Below, piece after piece: positions 27,147 through 36,200 of a DNA stretch of 45,962 nucleotides. How positions within the stretch are numbered: the first letter of the stretch is position 1; every line of letters begins with the position of its first letter. The notes below the pieces were generated by a model, which made no database searches, was not told the origin of the DNA, and saw only the letters and a list, made by a program, of their open reading frames with translations. The DNA is from Verrucomicrobia bacterium UBA2970 (GTDB taxonomy: Bacteria; Verrucomicrobiota; Verrucomicrobiia; Limisphaerales; AAA164-E04). The position numbers and the translations under genes were made by a program. The stretch covers positions 1 through 45,962 of the forward strand of contig DEAY01000476.1 of NCBI GenBank assembly GCA_002348345.1, written 5' to 3'.

Positions 27147-27258
27147 ATTCACGTTGATGCAAGGGGTGAAATCACCCAGATTTCAATCCTTCACGCCGAA
27201 AACCACCGCCGATGGTTTAAAAAAGGCTGCCCTCCCAAACCCATCATCAATGCCGAAC

Positions 27259-27290
27259 ATCGGTTCCGCTTCCGGCAGGAAGCAACCGAT
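27259..27290. promoter_or_regulatory. Bipartite 13-bp hairpin (ATCGGTT-CC-GCTTCC-GGCA-GGAAGC-AACCGAT) about 87 nt upstream of the hydrolase ATG
   Basis: Read directly from the sequence. Its position fits a 5' leader or operator element for the 27377 gene. Function is unknown. Confidence 0.4.
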
Positions 27291-27376
27291 CCGCGGAGAG
27301 AGCTCAATCTTAGCCCCTCCTCTTCCGCCAACATCATCTCCTTTGACAGACCGCCCTCTTTCCCACACGCTGAGCC

Positions 27377-28414
27377 ATGATGCCCGATCGCAGGTCTTTC
27401 TTAAAAACCACCAGCTTGGCTGCCGGCGCCCTCGCTCAGACGTCCCCCACCCCGGCCCAGATTCCCGTCATGACTTCTTCTGATCCCGGGACCCTTCGAT
27501 CTCAGCTCCAGAGTTGCCTCGGTGGCCCCTGGCCCGAGGGCGGCCCGCTCGACGTCCGTGTCCACTCATCCGAGTCGACCCCGGACTTTGCCCGCCTCAA
27601 GGTCTCCTACCGGCTTGATGCGGAATCCAACTGCCCGGCCTACCTCCTCATCCCACAAGGCGTCACGACCGAGAATCCCGCGCCCGGAATCGCCGTCTGG
27701 CACCAACACAACGGCGAATATCCCCTGGGCAAATCCGAACCCGCTGGACTCGAGGGCAACCCGATGCATCATACGGGAGCGGCCCTCGCCCAGTTGGGAT
27801 ACGTCGTTCTCTGTCCCGACGCACTCTGCTTCGAGGAACGCCAGGATCCCGAAGGTCGGCTCAAGGGATCGCAATACGAACGATTCGAGTTTCTCCGCTC
27901 GACGGTCAGCGGCCGCTGCATGGCCTGGAAAAACATCCTCGACATGAAACGGGCCGTCGACCTGCTGGCTTCCCGCCCGGAAGTCGACTCCAATCGACTG
28001 GGATGTTACGGCCACTCAATGGGTTCCACCCACACCTGGCTGATCGGCCCCTTTGAACCGCGACTCAAGGCCCTCGTGGGGAATTGTTGCCTCCCGACCT
28101 ACGCGGGAATCCATCGAACCAAAATCCTTCACTGTTTTCCCAACTTCATTCCCGGTTTCTATGAATTCGGAGACACCCCCGATATTGCCGGTCTCATCGC
28201 ACCAAGAGCCCTCCACCTCAACCTGGGTGAAAACGATTCCGGCAGCCCCATCGCTGAGGCACGCGAGGGCATTCAAACCATTGAAAAAGCCTATGCTCGT
28301 GCCGGTGCCAGCGATCGCTTTAGCGCCTTCATCGAACCCGACACGGGTCATGTGCTCTCTCCCAAGATGTGGCAAAAGACAAAAGATTTTTTCGCTCGGC
28401 ATCTGGCGTCTTGA
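27377..28414 (+). CDS. Tat-exported alpha/beta hydrolase (dienelactone hydrolase / acetyl-xylan-esterase-like)
   Basis: Twin-arginine signal MMPDRRSFLKTTSLAAGALAQ. Nucleophile elbow GCYGHSMGS. A late His lies in EPDTGHVL. Confidence 0.8.
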   Translation: MMPDRRSFLKTTSLAAGALAQTSPTPAQIPVMTSSDPGTLRSQLQSCLGGPWPEGGPLDVRVHSSESTPDFARLKVSYRLDAESNCPAYLLIPQGVTTENPAPGIAVWHQHNGEYPLGKSEPAGLEGNPMHHTGAALAQLGYVVLCPDALCFEERQDPEGRLKGSQYERFEFLRSTVSGRCMAWKNILDMKRAVDLLASRPEVDSNRLGCYGHSMGSTHTWLIGPFEPRLKALVGNCCLPTYAGIHRTKILHCFPNFIPGFYEFGDTPDIAGLIAPRALHLNLGENDSGSPIAEAREGIQTIEKAYARAGASDRFSAFIEPDTGHVLSPKMWQKTKDFFARHLAS

Positions 28415-28617
28415 TCCCGCCACCCTTTCATGAGGCAAGCATTATGAACTACCAGCGGTCGGGCACGAGGCTCTCCGCAAGCCACTCCCTGATTCCGCTC
28501 CCGCCCACCTCCAAAAACATCGACGCTGCCATGGCCGAACTTCCCCTTCGCTGGTGAGGTCTCGTCTTCCATCGCTGAACGCGGTGCCAACTCTCCTCCA
28601 ATTCGAACGCCTCGTTC

Positions 28618-30168
28618 CTAAGGGGCCGCCCCGCTGCTGGTATCCTTTCGAAAGTTCAGGCGGGTCAGGTTCGATTGAACCGGCTTCAGGTGCCTTCCAC
28701 TCAGTCGTTCCACCTGGCGAGCCATCCGAAACCACTCTTGAGACATGGTACGAACGCGATCGGGATTCCCTTCCGAGAGATCATTCGTCTCCGTCCGATC
28801 CTCGTCCATGTTGTAGAGTTCCCACCGCCCCAGCTTCGCCGACACCAGCTTCCACGGTCCCTGACGAAGGGCGCGATCCGTTCCAAAATGAAAATAGAGT
28901 TGCTCATGAGGCGTTCGCGTCTTTCCCTCAAAAATGGGAATCAGCGACTTGCCCTGCAGGGGATCGATTCTTCGTTCGCCCACCTGCGTCGGATAGTCGG
29001 CCCCTGACACATCAAGAAAGGTCGCCATGAAGTCGATCAGATGTCCCGGTTGATCACTCACGCTTCCACCCGGCACCAAGATCCCTTTTGGCCAGTGAGC
29101 AATGAGCGGGGACGAAATCCCGCCCTCGTGTTGGTTCTGCTTGTAGAGTCGGAATGGAGTGTTGCCAACCATCGACCAACTGGAGTCATAGGTCCAATAG
29201 GATTTCGGATCCCAGGGCTTGAGGTAACGCCCTTGAGTCCTCTCGAAGGGGCAAGCCCCGTTGTCGGAACAAAAGAGAATCATGGTATTGTCCAACACCC
29301 CCTTGGCTTCCAGGTACTTGACCAGGCGCCCCATATTCTCGTCCAAAACATCGACCATCGCTGCGAAAACCTCCATCCGATCCGCTTCCCACTGCTGCTC
29401 CTTCCTGCTGAGGCTTTGCCAATCTGGAACGTGGGAGGGACGAGGACTGAGTTTCCACTTGGCGGGAATGAGTCCGTCCTCGAGTTGACGTCGATGGCGC
29501 TCCGTTCGCATCACGTCCCATCCACGGTCATAGAGTCCATCATACTTTTTCACCGCGGCCTCCGGGGCCTGCAAGGGGTAGTGGGGCGCATTGAACGCCG
29601 TGTAGAGCAGGAACGGTTGATCGGTCGCCAGGGCCTCGTCCAGGAATTCGAGAGCATAGTCCATGATCGCGTAGGTGGTGTAAAACGGTCGCCCGTTGAG
29701 TTGCTCCGGAATGTCGTATTTCTCGCCATTGTATCGAAACGTCCCGTCACCCTCGAAAAAATTGGTCGCCCCCGATAAATGGCCCCAGTAGCGATCAAAT
29801 CCGAAATCGGTCGGTTGTTTGGAAAGATGCCACTTCCCCGACATCGCGGTAAAATAGCCCGCGCGGCGCAACACCTCGGCAATCGTCGTCCCTCGTGACA
29901 ACTGGTTACTGCCGGCCTGATCGCAATAGAGCCCTGTCAACAATGAAACGCGAGACGAGTGACATTTCGCGGTGTTGTAGAACTGGGTGAAGCGCAATCC
30001 ACGGGCAGCCAAACGATCGAGGTGGGGCGTATCGATCTCTGATCCATAACAACCCAAATCCGCAAACCCGAGGTCATCGGCCATCACCAGGACGATATTG
30101 GGGCGAGCCGCCTGCACTGCGGCCGAGAGCAACAAACCAAGAGAGAAAACAGCATACTTCATGATCAT
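28618..30168 (-). CDS. Sulfatase-family protein (arylsulfatase-like) with a non-canonical active-site motif C-H-S-S-R
   Basis: Signal peptide MIMKYAVFSLGLLLSAAVQA, from the Met at 30168 (or 30162). Motifs: IVLVMADDLGFADLGCYG, NTAKCHSSRVSLLTG, FCSDNGACP. Confidence 0.85.
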   Translation of the reverse strand: MIMKYAVFSLGLLLSAAVQAARPNIVLVMADDLGFADLGCYGSEIDTPHLDRLAARGLRFTQFYNTAKCHSSRVSLLTGLYCDQAGSNQLSRGTTIAEVLRRAGYFTAMSGKWHLSKQPTDFGFDRYWGHLSGATNFFEGDGTFRYNGEKYDIPEQLNGRPFYTTYAIMDYALEFLDEALATDQPFLLYTAFNAPHYPLQAPEAAVKKYDGLYDRGWDVMRTERHRRQLEDGLIPAKWKLSPRPSHVPDWQSLSRKEQQWEADRMEVFAAMVDVLDENMGRLVKYLEAKGVLDNTMILFCSDNGACPFERTQGRYLKPWDPKSYWTYDSSWSMVGNTPFRLYKQNQHEGGISSPLIAHWPKGILVPGGSVSDQPGHLIDFMATFLDVSGADYPTQVGERRIDPLQGKSLIPIFEGKTRTPHEQLYFHFGTDRALRQGPWKLVSAKLGRWELYNMDEDRTETNDLSEGNPDRVRTMSQEWFRMARQVERLSGRHLKPVQSNLTRLNFRKDTSSGAAP

Positions 30169-30296
30169 GACGGGGGCGTGGCCTAAAGCCCTCAGCCTGC
30201 ATGTCTGGATCAAGCTTGAAAAGAAAAACAAGACCTCGACTCCGGATTGACTTTTCGCGGTCGCCCGCGGAGCCTTGGGGAAACCACCACCTCCCA

Positions 30297-31151
30297 ATGA
30301 AGTCTCTTTCCATTCCCTGCATCGCCTTCATCCTTCTCGGCTCCCCTGCCGGGGATTTCGGTCACCTCGCCGCACAAGGCCCGGCCGAGGAAGGCTCCTA
30401 TCGCACCGTCCCCAACATCGCCTATCGACCCAACGAAGCCCCTTCGAGTTATGCCGCCAAACGATGCCGACTCGACCTCTACCACCCCACCGGGGCCGGC
30501 AACTACCCCACCGTCGTGTGGTTTCACGGCGGAGGGCTCAAGGCCGGCAATCGATCGATTCCATCAAGACTGAAAGAAAACGGCATCGCCGTGGCGGCGG
30601 TCAACTACCGGCTTCATCCCCACGTGCAGGCGCCGGTCTATATTGAGGACGCCGCTGCCGCCACAGCCTGGGTTTTCAGAAACATTCGCCAGTATGGGGG
30701 GAGTCCGGACAGGATTTTTGTCTCTGGGCATTCCGCCGGAGGTTATCTCACCAGCATGATCGGTCTCGACCCGCGGTGGCTCGGGAAACATGGAATCGAT
30801 CCCAACCGCATTGCGGGTCTGATTCCCTACAGCGGCCATACCATCACCCACTTCACCGTTCGAGCCGAACGAGGCATTGAGGGAACGCAAGCGGTTGTCG
30901 ATGATCTCGCACCGCTCTACCATGTGCGAAAGGATGCCCCGCCCCTCCTCTTAATTACCGGAGATCGAAGCTTGGAACTCCTCGGTCGATATGAAGAAAA
31001 TGCCTACCTCTGGCGAATGATGAAGGTCGTCGGCCACCCGAAAACAGAGATCATCGAGTTGCAGGGATACAACCATGGACAAATGGCTGAGCCGGCGCAC
31101 CCCCTTCTCCTTCGATTCATCGCACGAATAGCCGGAACGTCAACGGATTGA
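30297..31151 (+). CDS. Secreted alpha/beta hydrolase (carboxylesterase/lipase, HGGG type)
   Basis: The Met at 30297 gives signal-like MKSLSIPCIAFILLGSPAG. Oxyanion motif VVWFHGGGLKAGN. Nucleophile elbow VSGHSAGGY. C-terminal motif GYNHGQM. Confidence 0.85.
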   Translation: MKSLSIPCIAFILLGSPAGDFGHLAAQGPAEEGSYRTVPNIAYRPNEAPSSYAAKRCRLDLYHPTGAGNYPTVVWFHGGGLKAGNRSIPSRLKENGIAVAAVNYRLHPHVQAPVYIEDAAAATAWVFRNIRQYGGSPDRIFVSGHSAGGYLTSMIGLDPRWLGKHGIDPNRIAGLIPYSGHTITHFTVRAERGIEGTQAVVDDLAPLYHVRKDAPPLLLITGDRSLELLGRYEENAYLWRMMKVVGHPKTEIIELQGYNHGQMAEPAHPLLLRFIARIAGTSTD

Positions 31152-31550
31152 AATCCACTGTTGGTCTCGCAAACCCAACTCCACGAGATCGACTGAGGGA
31201 TTGAGACGTGGTGGACGGCACAGAACCCAGAACCGTTGAGGAGGCAGGAAGAGGATTCCACTTCTCGCTGCGTGGCGGGATGATCATCCTCCTCACTGCC
31301 AGCCCCCAGACTACGGCCCGGATGTTCGCCCGATCCAGCAGAAGGCCACACCCCTCTATGGAAGCTTCCATACTCATGTGGATTGCCCCTGGTATTGGCG
31401 GACGGAGAGGGAGGCCGATTGGCGCCCCACCGGTCCAATGAACTGATTCAATCTCCATGTCGAATCTTCTCCTTGCCCTCGATCGAAACATGGGAGAGCG
31501 GAACGCAGCCCAACTGGGAGATTCAACGGGGATTTTCCGGGGACTCTATG

Positions 31551-31580
31551 AATAAAAAGACCCCTCATTGCCGAGGAGTC
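31551..31580 (-). terminator. Rho-independent terminator for the 31646..32329 gene
   Basis: The minus-strand RNA reads GACUCCUC-GGCAAU-GAGGGGUC-UUUUUAUU. This is an 8-bp stem (one G-U pair), a 6-nt loop and a U-tract, about 65 nt after the stop codon. Confidence 0.7.
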
Positions 31581-31645
31581 CGTGAAACCGAGTATTCTCC
31601 TGTGGGCCTCGTCATCGACGAACCCTCACAACGGAGATCAGGCCA

Positions 31646-32329
31646 TCAAGGCATCGGGACACCTCCAGGCATCGCACCCGCCCCAGGCACCGGGGGCAAA
31701 CCACCGATCATGCGCCTGGCATCGTTGATTAAGGTGGCAGCAGAGGTGATCAGATCCCCCACCCGGTTCAAGTGATTCTGAGCCCGGTTGAAGATGACAA
31801 TCGCTTGACGATACCAGTCCATGGCGGCCCAGTAACAGTGAATCTTAACGCGAGCGCTTGGCTGGCCCAGAGCTTGGGCCATTTTTGCGTCTCCCCTCAA
31901 TCCGTGGCGACGGCCACTCTCGATAATCGTCGGGATCCACCCGAGGATGGATTCCGCTTCATCGAGCAAACCACCAGCCTCTCGGAGTTTCTCTAAAGAT
32001 TCCGTATATCCCGGCGCATTGGGATCCTTACCCATCAATGCGGCCCACACGTCGCTCCCGTCGCGACGCACCCGTTGAATCTCTAACTCATGTGGGCCCT
32101 TGGCAGCGGTGAAGTTGGTTCGAATGCTTCTCAAAGACTCAAGGGCTTTTCCCCGCTTGACGAGAGCTTGGCGCCTCACGGTGTCCACCTGTGCTGCGTC
32201 CACATTGACGCTCAAGCTGGCGAGGACTCCCAACAGCGCAACCGCCGCCGGCAGTTTCCGGTGCATGGAATTGAGGGAATGGAGGATGTTAGATTTCATT
32301 TTGCTGGGTTGGTTCGGTCTTGTGTTCAT
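31646..32329 (-). CDS. Hypothetical secreted protein (no recognisable family)
   Basis: ORF with a canonical signal peptide, MHRKLPAAVALLGVLASLSVNVDA, if translation starts at the Met at 32263. It is followed by a good intrinsic terminator. The C-terminus is Gly/Pro-rich. Confidence 0.6.
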   Translation of the reverse strand: MNTRPNQPSKMKSNILHSLNSMHRKLPAAVALLGVLASLSVNVDAAQVDTVRRQALVKRGKALESLRSIRTNFTAAKGPHELEIQRVRRDGSDVWAALMGKDPNAPGYTESLEKLREAGGLLDEAESILGWIPTIIESGRRHGLRGDAKMAQALGQPSARVKIHCYWAAMDWYRQAIVIFNRAQNHLNRVGDLITSAATLINDARRMIGGLPPVPGAGAMPGGVPMP

Positions 32330-32662
32330 GGGTTCCGCTGAACGCGGTGGGAATCAAGTGCCATCCAACCAGCGCTTGGCTCTGATTTGACTCGGAAAGC
32401 TTCTTCGTCAGGCTGATCACAATCTTGGTTCCCCTTCGACCGGATTCCCCCCCCTTCCAGGCGCAATAAAGGGTTGGCAGCCTCGCGACCACCGTCAGCG
32501 TGGCGCCGGTTCTCACCACGTGGACCCTCTGCTCATAGCAATTGCAGTGCTATTCTCATTCGTGAGAATCCTCCTGGCATCCAATACCCCCACCCTGCCT
32601 CCGGCCGGACTCAAGTCGATCAATTTGAGGATTGCCTCCGATGTATCGACGCCGGAACATTG

Positions 32663-33229
32663 ATGCCGATGAAAGCATGGATCCAAAACTACCTCACCGA
32701 ACAGAAACGAGCGCTTGATTCGATTTCACCGGAACAGGTCGGCGAGGTCGTTTCCCTCCTCAAACGGACTCACCAGGAAGGGCGGCAACTCTTTGTTTTT
32801 GGTAACGGCGGCAGCGCCGCCAATGCCTCCCACTTCGCAACCGACCTGGGAAAGGGCTCCTCCGACAAGTTGGGCAGACGCTTCAAGGTGATCTCACTCA
32901 ACGACAACGTCAGTTGGATGACGGCGATTGGCAATGACTATGCCTACGAGGATATCTATCGACGGCAACTCGAAAACTACGGCCAAGCGGGGGATGTCGT
33001 GCTCACGATGAGTGTCAGCGGCAATTCGCCGAATCTCGTTCAGGCGCTCCAGTGGGCCAGGGAGAAGGGACTAAGCACGGTTGCCCTGGTTGGAGGCAAA
33101 CGAGGAGCGCTAGCCGAAATCGCCGATCAGGTCCTGGTGATCGACTCGGAACACTATGGACGCGTGGAGGACGCCCATATGGGAATCTGCCACATCCTTT
33201 GCTATGCCTTCATGGAAGGCGCCGCTTGA
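32663..33229 (+). CDS. SIS-domain protein (phosphoheptose isomerase GmhA / DiaA family)
   Basis: Motifs: LFVFGNGGSAANASHFATDL and VLTMSVSGNSPN. The Met at 32663 (or 32669) gives the family-typical length of about 189 aa. Confidence 0.85.
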   Translation: MPMKAWIQNYLTEQKRALDSISPEQVGEVVSLLKRTHQEGRQLFVFGNGGSAANASHFATDLGKGSSDKLGRRFKVISLNDNVSWMTAIGNDYAYEDIYRRQLENYGQAGDVVLTMSVSGNSPNLVQALQWAREKGLSTVALVGGKRGALAEIADQVLVIDSEHYGRVEDAHMGICHILCYAFMEGAA

Positions 33230-33278
33230 CGCCAAAAGGAGAAATCCCATCCTCCCAGTTCTCCCCGCCGATGCCCGG

Positions 33279-36200
33279 TCAGTTTCCGGTGATCAATTGC
33301 CGGAACTCAGGCAGATGGCGAATGCCATTGAAACGCCCGTCCTCCTGAGCGCGCTGGGAGAGTGGCTTGGCCCCCGGGATCTGATCGGTTCGCTGGCGAT
33401 CCATCTCGAACGCCCGACGGAGGTTCTCGAGCGCTTCGGAGCCCTTTTGCAAGAGGGCCTGCGTCCCCGCCAAATCGTAACGGGCCTCCGGATTATCGGG
33501 CATCGCCGCAACGAGCCGTTCAAGGGCCCCCTCGAGTTCCTCATAGCGGCCCAGCTGCATATAGGCGCCTGATGCGGAAAGCAGGGCCGTGGGGCTCGAA
33601 TCCTCGGCCCCAACAATCGCGGCCAGAAGTTTCAAGGCATCATTGGTTCGCGTCAACGCCACATACTTGGAGACCAGTTTGAAAGTGACCTCAAGATTGG
33701 TGGCATTGGCGGCATATTGCCGCTCTAATTGGTTGACCTCTTGCTCCAACTGCTGAAGCGTCGACTGCCCCTGCTTCATAAGATTCAACTGACGGAGGAG
33801 TTGGATCACGCCCTCGTTTTCCCGGTCGAATTCGTAGCAGGTCCGGGTCAGAAGGATGGCATCGTCCAATCGATTGACCGTTGCGAGGAGATTGGAGTAT
33901 CGGAGAATTGCTTCCGGGCTGTAGGGACACAGGGCGAAGGCTTGTCGAAACGCGAAATCAGCCTCTTCCAACAGTCGTTGTTCCTCTTCCGGGGTCTTGG
34001 GACGCAACTCCGGCGGACACTGAGGGGTCAACCGAAAGGCATAGACGCCGGCGATGGCACTGCGGACCTTTGAAAAGGCCTTCTGAGCCCAATCTTCCCG
34101 TAAGAACTTGGTGTCCCCTTGGTAGTCGCTGAGATCGCCCCGCAAATAAACCTGCTTCGCGAACCGAACCAATTCCTCGATGCTTGTGTCCGGTTGGATC
34201 CAATTGCCGATCAATCGTTCCATGTACTGCGACCAAAACTGCCGGTCATTGACCAGCATCTCTTCGGTGATCGCTTCGACGGGCTCCCGATTGAGCTTCA
34301 GAATGATTCCGTAGGGAGTGAGATAGGGAAACATCCAATCAAGAGGAAAACTTTCCTCGATGTAAAACTCATGATTCGGATTCTTGTCGAAGATCGTTTT
34401 CGTCAAGAGACCATTGATCGCCATCACGGCGGCTTGCCCTTGCACCGAGACGTGACCGTCCTCCATCTGGGTCACCACCTCGCCCGGCTTCAATTGGTCC
34501 AGTTGCTTTCGTCGGTGGGCGTCGACCATGTATTCAAGGTAGGCGTTCTCCGAGTCCTCGGCGGAAGGCGTGTAGATCTCGATATCAGGGTAGAGCCCAT
34601 CCCTTCGTCGTCGTTCCTCGACGGCGGCTCCAAAGGAGGCCATGGCCCGATCCAACGGCGCCACCACCCGTGCAAGGAAGTTGGTCCTCCCCAGCTTGCG
34701 GGCCGTCTGGCTCCTTAACATTTCTTGAAAGAAGGGCGGATCCTGTTGAGCGCTCCGATAGTAATGAGCGCGGATGTAATCCAGGTAGGTTGGATCGGCC
34801 AAGGCGTTCTGGGTGATCAGGTAGACATCGCGCCGATCAAACTCAGGGTCCAGGGGCTTTTTCGAGGGCGGGAGAAAGCTCTCGCAAAAGATCATGTAAG
34901 TTGGATTAAACCGACCCGGGTCCGTCCCCCCGAAGAGAATCGCGTTCTTCTCCATTTCCGGGTAAATCTCAAACGGAGGCTTGAACATGTCGTGCCCGAA
35001 CCAATAACCGTAAAGGTGGCCCCGTTTCTCGTTTTTCCACCAATGAGAAAACACGGAATGGAGCGGCAGGATCGCAAAAATCACCAACACGATTCGCAGG
35101 GGAACCTGCTTCGGCCGGGCCGCCAATGCGGCAAGAAAACCGCCGGCGCAAAGCACCAGAAACACCGCAGTAAACTTGTCGAGCGGATGCACCCGCTCTA
35201 GCGAGGCCCAAAGGTAGAGAGCGATGCCCAGTGCAACACTCCCTCCGATCAAGGCATGGGGCCGGAATTCCCGATATCGGGCAACCAGCAGGGCGATCAC
35301 CAGGCTGACGCCATAGCCGGCCCAAATGGCAATGAGCGTGTGAGAGGGCGTGAAGAACACACGATTCAATTCCTGGCTCTGCCGATCCGGCGGCGGATTG
35401 AGGAGAATCATGAGCACAATCGCAAGACAGAAAAAGATCCCCGTCAATCCGGTCAACCAGGCCTTTTCCCGTTGCTTCATTCGACTGAAAAAGGCGAATG
35501 GCACCAAGGCAGTCAGCATCATGATCGGATTAAACTCCTGGCTCGCTCCCTTGACATAGAGCCACATTTGTTGCGTGAAGCGGAACAGGGACGTGGTTGG
35601 GTTGGTCCGCTCGTACTGTCCCCGGGTGAAGGCATGGACAAAGCCCTCCCACGTCCGAGGATAGCCCCAGTTCATTGGCGGGTTCGTCGAGGAGGTAAGT
35701 GGCATGTAAAAGTAAAAGGACAAGCCCACCAACCAGACCAACAGCATGAGCACCACGGGCACCCATTGGGTCAGCATTTCCCGGGTTTGAGACCAGAGCC
35801 AGACGAAGGCTGCGATCGAACAGAAGCCGACAGAGTTGTAGATGATGAAGAGAGGAATATTCTGATCAAACGCGGTGATCGCGCCATTCCACTTGGCAAT
35901 CAACCCGATGACGTAAAATATGGAGTTGCCCAGGAAGAGATCGCGACCCAAGCGTGGATTGGCGGCCGCGATGGCGATCTCCAGGCCGATGGCGGCCACC
36001 ACCAAGCTCTGGTGGTTATTAAAACAAATCCCAAAGAGAAAGAAGGCCCAATAGAGATACTTTCGATCCTTGGGGATGTACATCCACCTCATGAGACAAA
36101 CGAAGACCCCCATGAGAGAAAACACACTCAAGGTGTAGACCTCGACAATCACGGCCTGGGACCACATGAACCCATTGAAGCCGAACAGCATGCCAGCCAC

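Noticed and set aside
26074-27162. 362-aa minus-strand ORF covering the whole lipoprotein gene
   Set aside because: Its sequence is low-complexity (Gly/Arg/Leu/Phe-rich) with no motif, signal or plausible start context. It exactly mirrors a Glu/Gln/Leu-rich sense gene that has a clean lipobox signal. It is a classic shadow ORF in GC-rich DNA.
27259-27290. SRP (4.5S) RNA helix-8-like string ...CCGGCAGGAAGCAACC...
   Set aside because: The loop GGCA is not a GNRA tetraloop. The stem is fully Watson-Crick paired where SRP RNA needs the conserved symmetric and asymmetric internal loops. No flanking helix-5-like pairing of appropriate length was found.
31117-31568. ORFs inside the long convergent spacer (31208..31441 +, 31117..31491 -, 31374..31568 -, 31004..31438 -)
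   Set aside because: They have no motifs, Arg/Pro/Gly-biased composition, non-ATG or context-free starts, and mutually overlapping frames. I cannot support any of them as a gene.
31490-31640. tmRNA-like strings: plus-strand GGGAGATTCAACGGGGATTTT resembles the tmRNA 5' GGAUUCGACGGGAUUU box, and the minus strand near 31208 reads ...GCCGTCCACCA
   Set aside because: There is no GGGG acceptor 5' end and no T-arm (GGTTCRANTCC) before the CCA. No recognisable tag reading frame ends in Ala-Ala-stop. The two pieces lie on opposite strands, and a plus-strand tmRNA would run into the 31646..32329 CDS.
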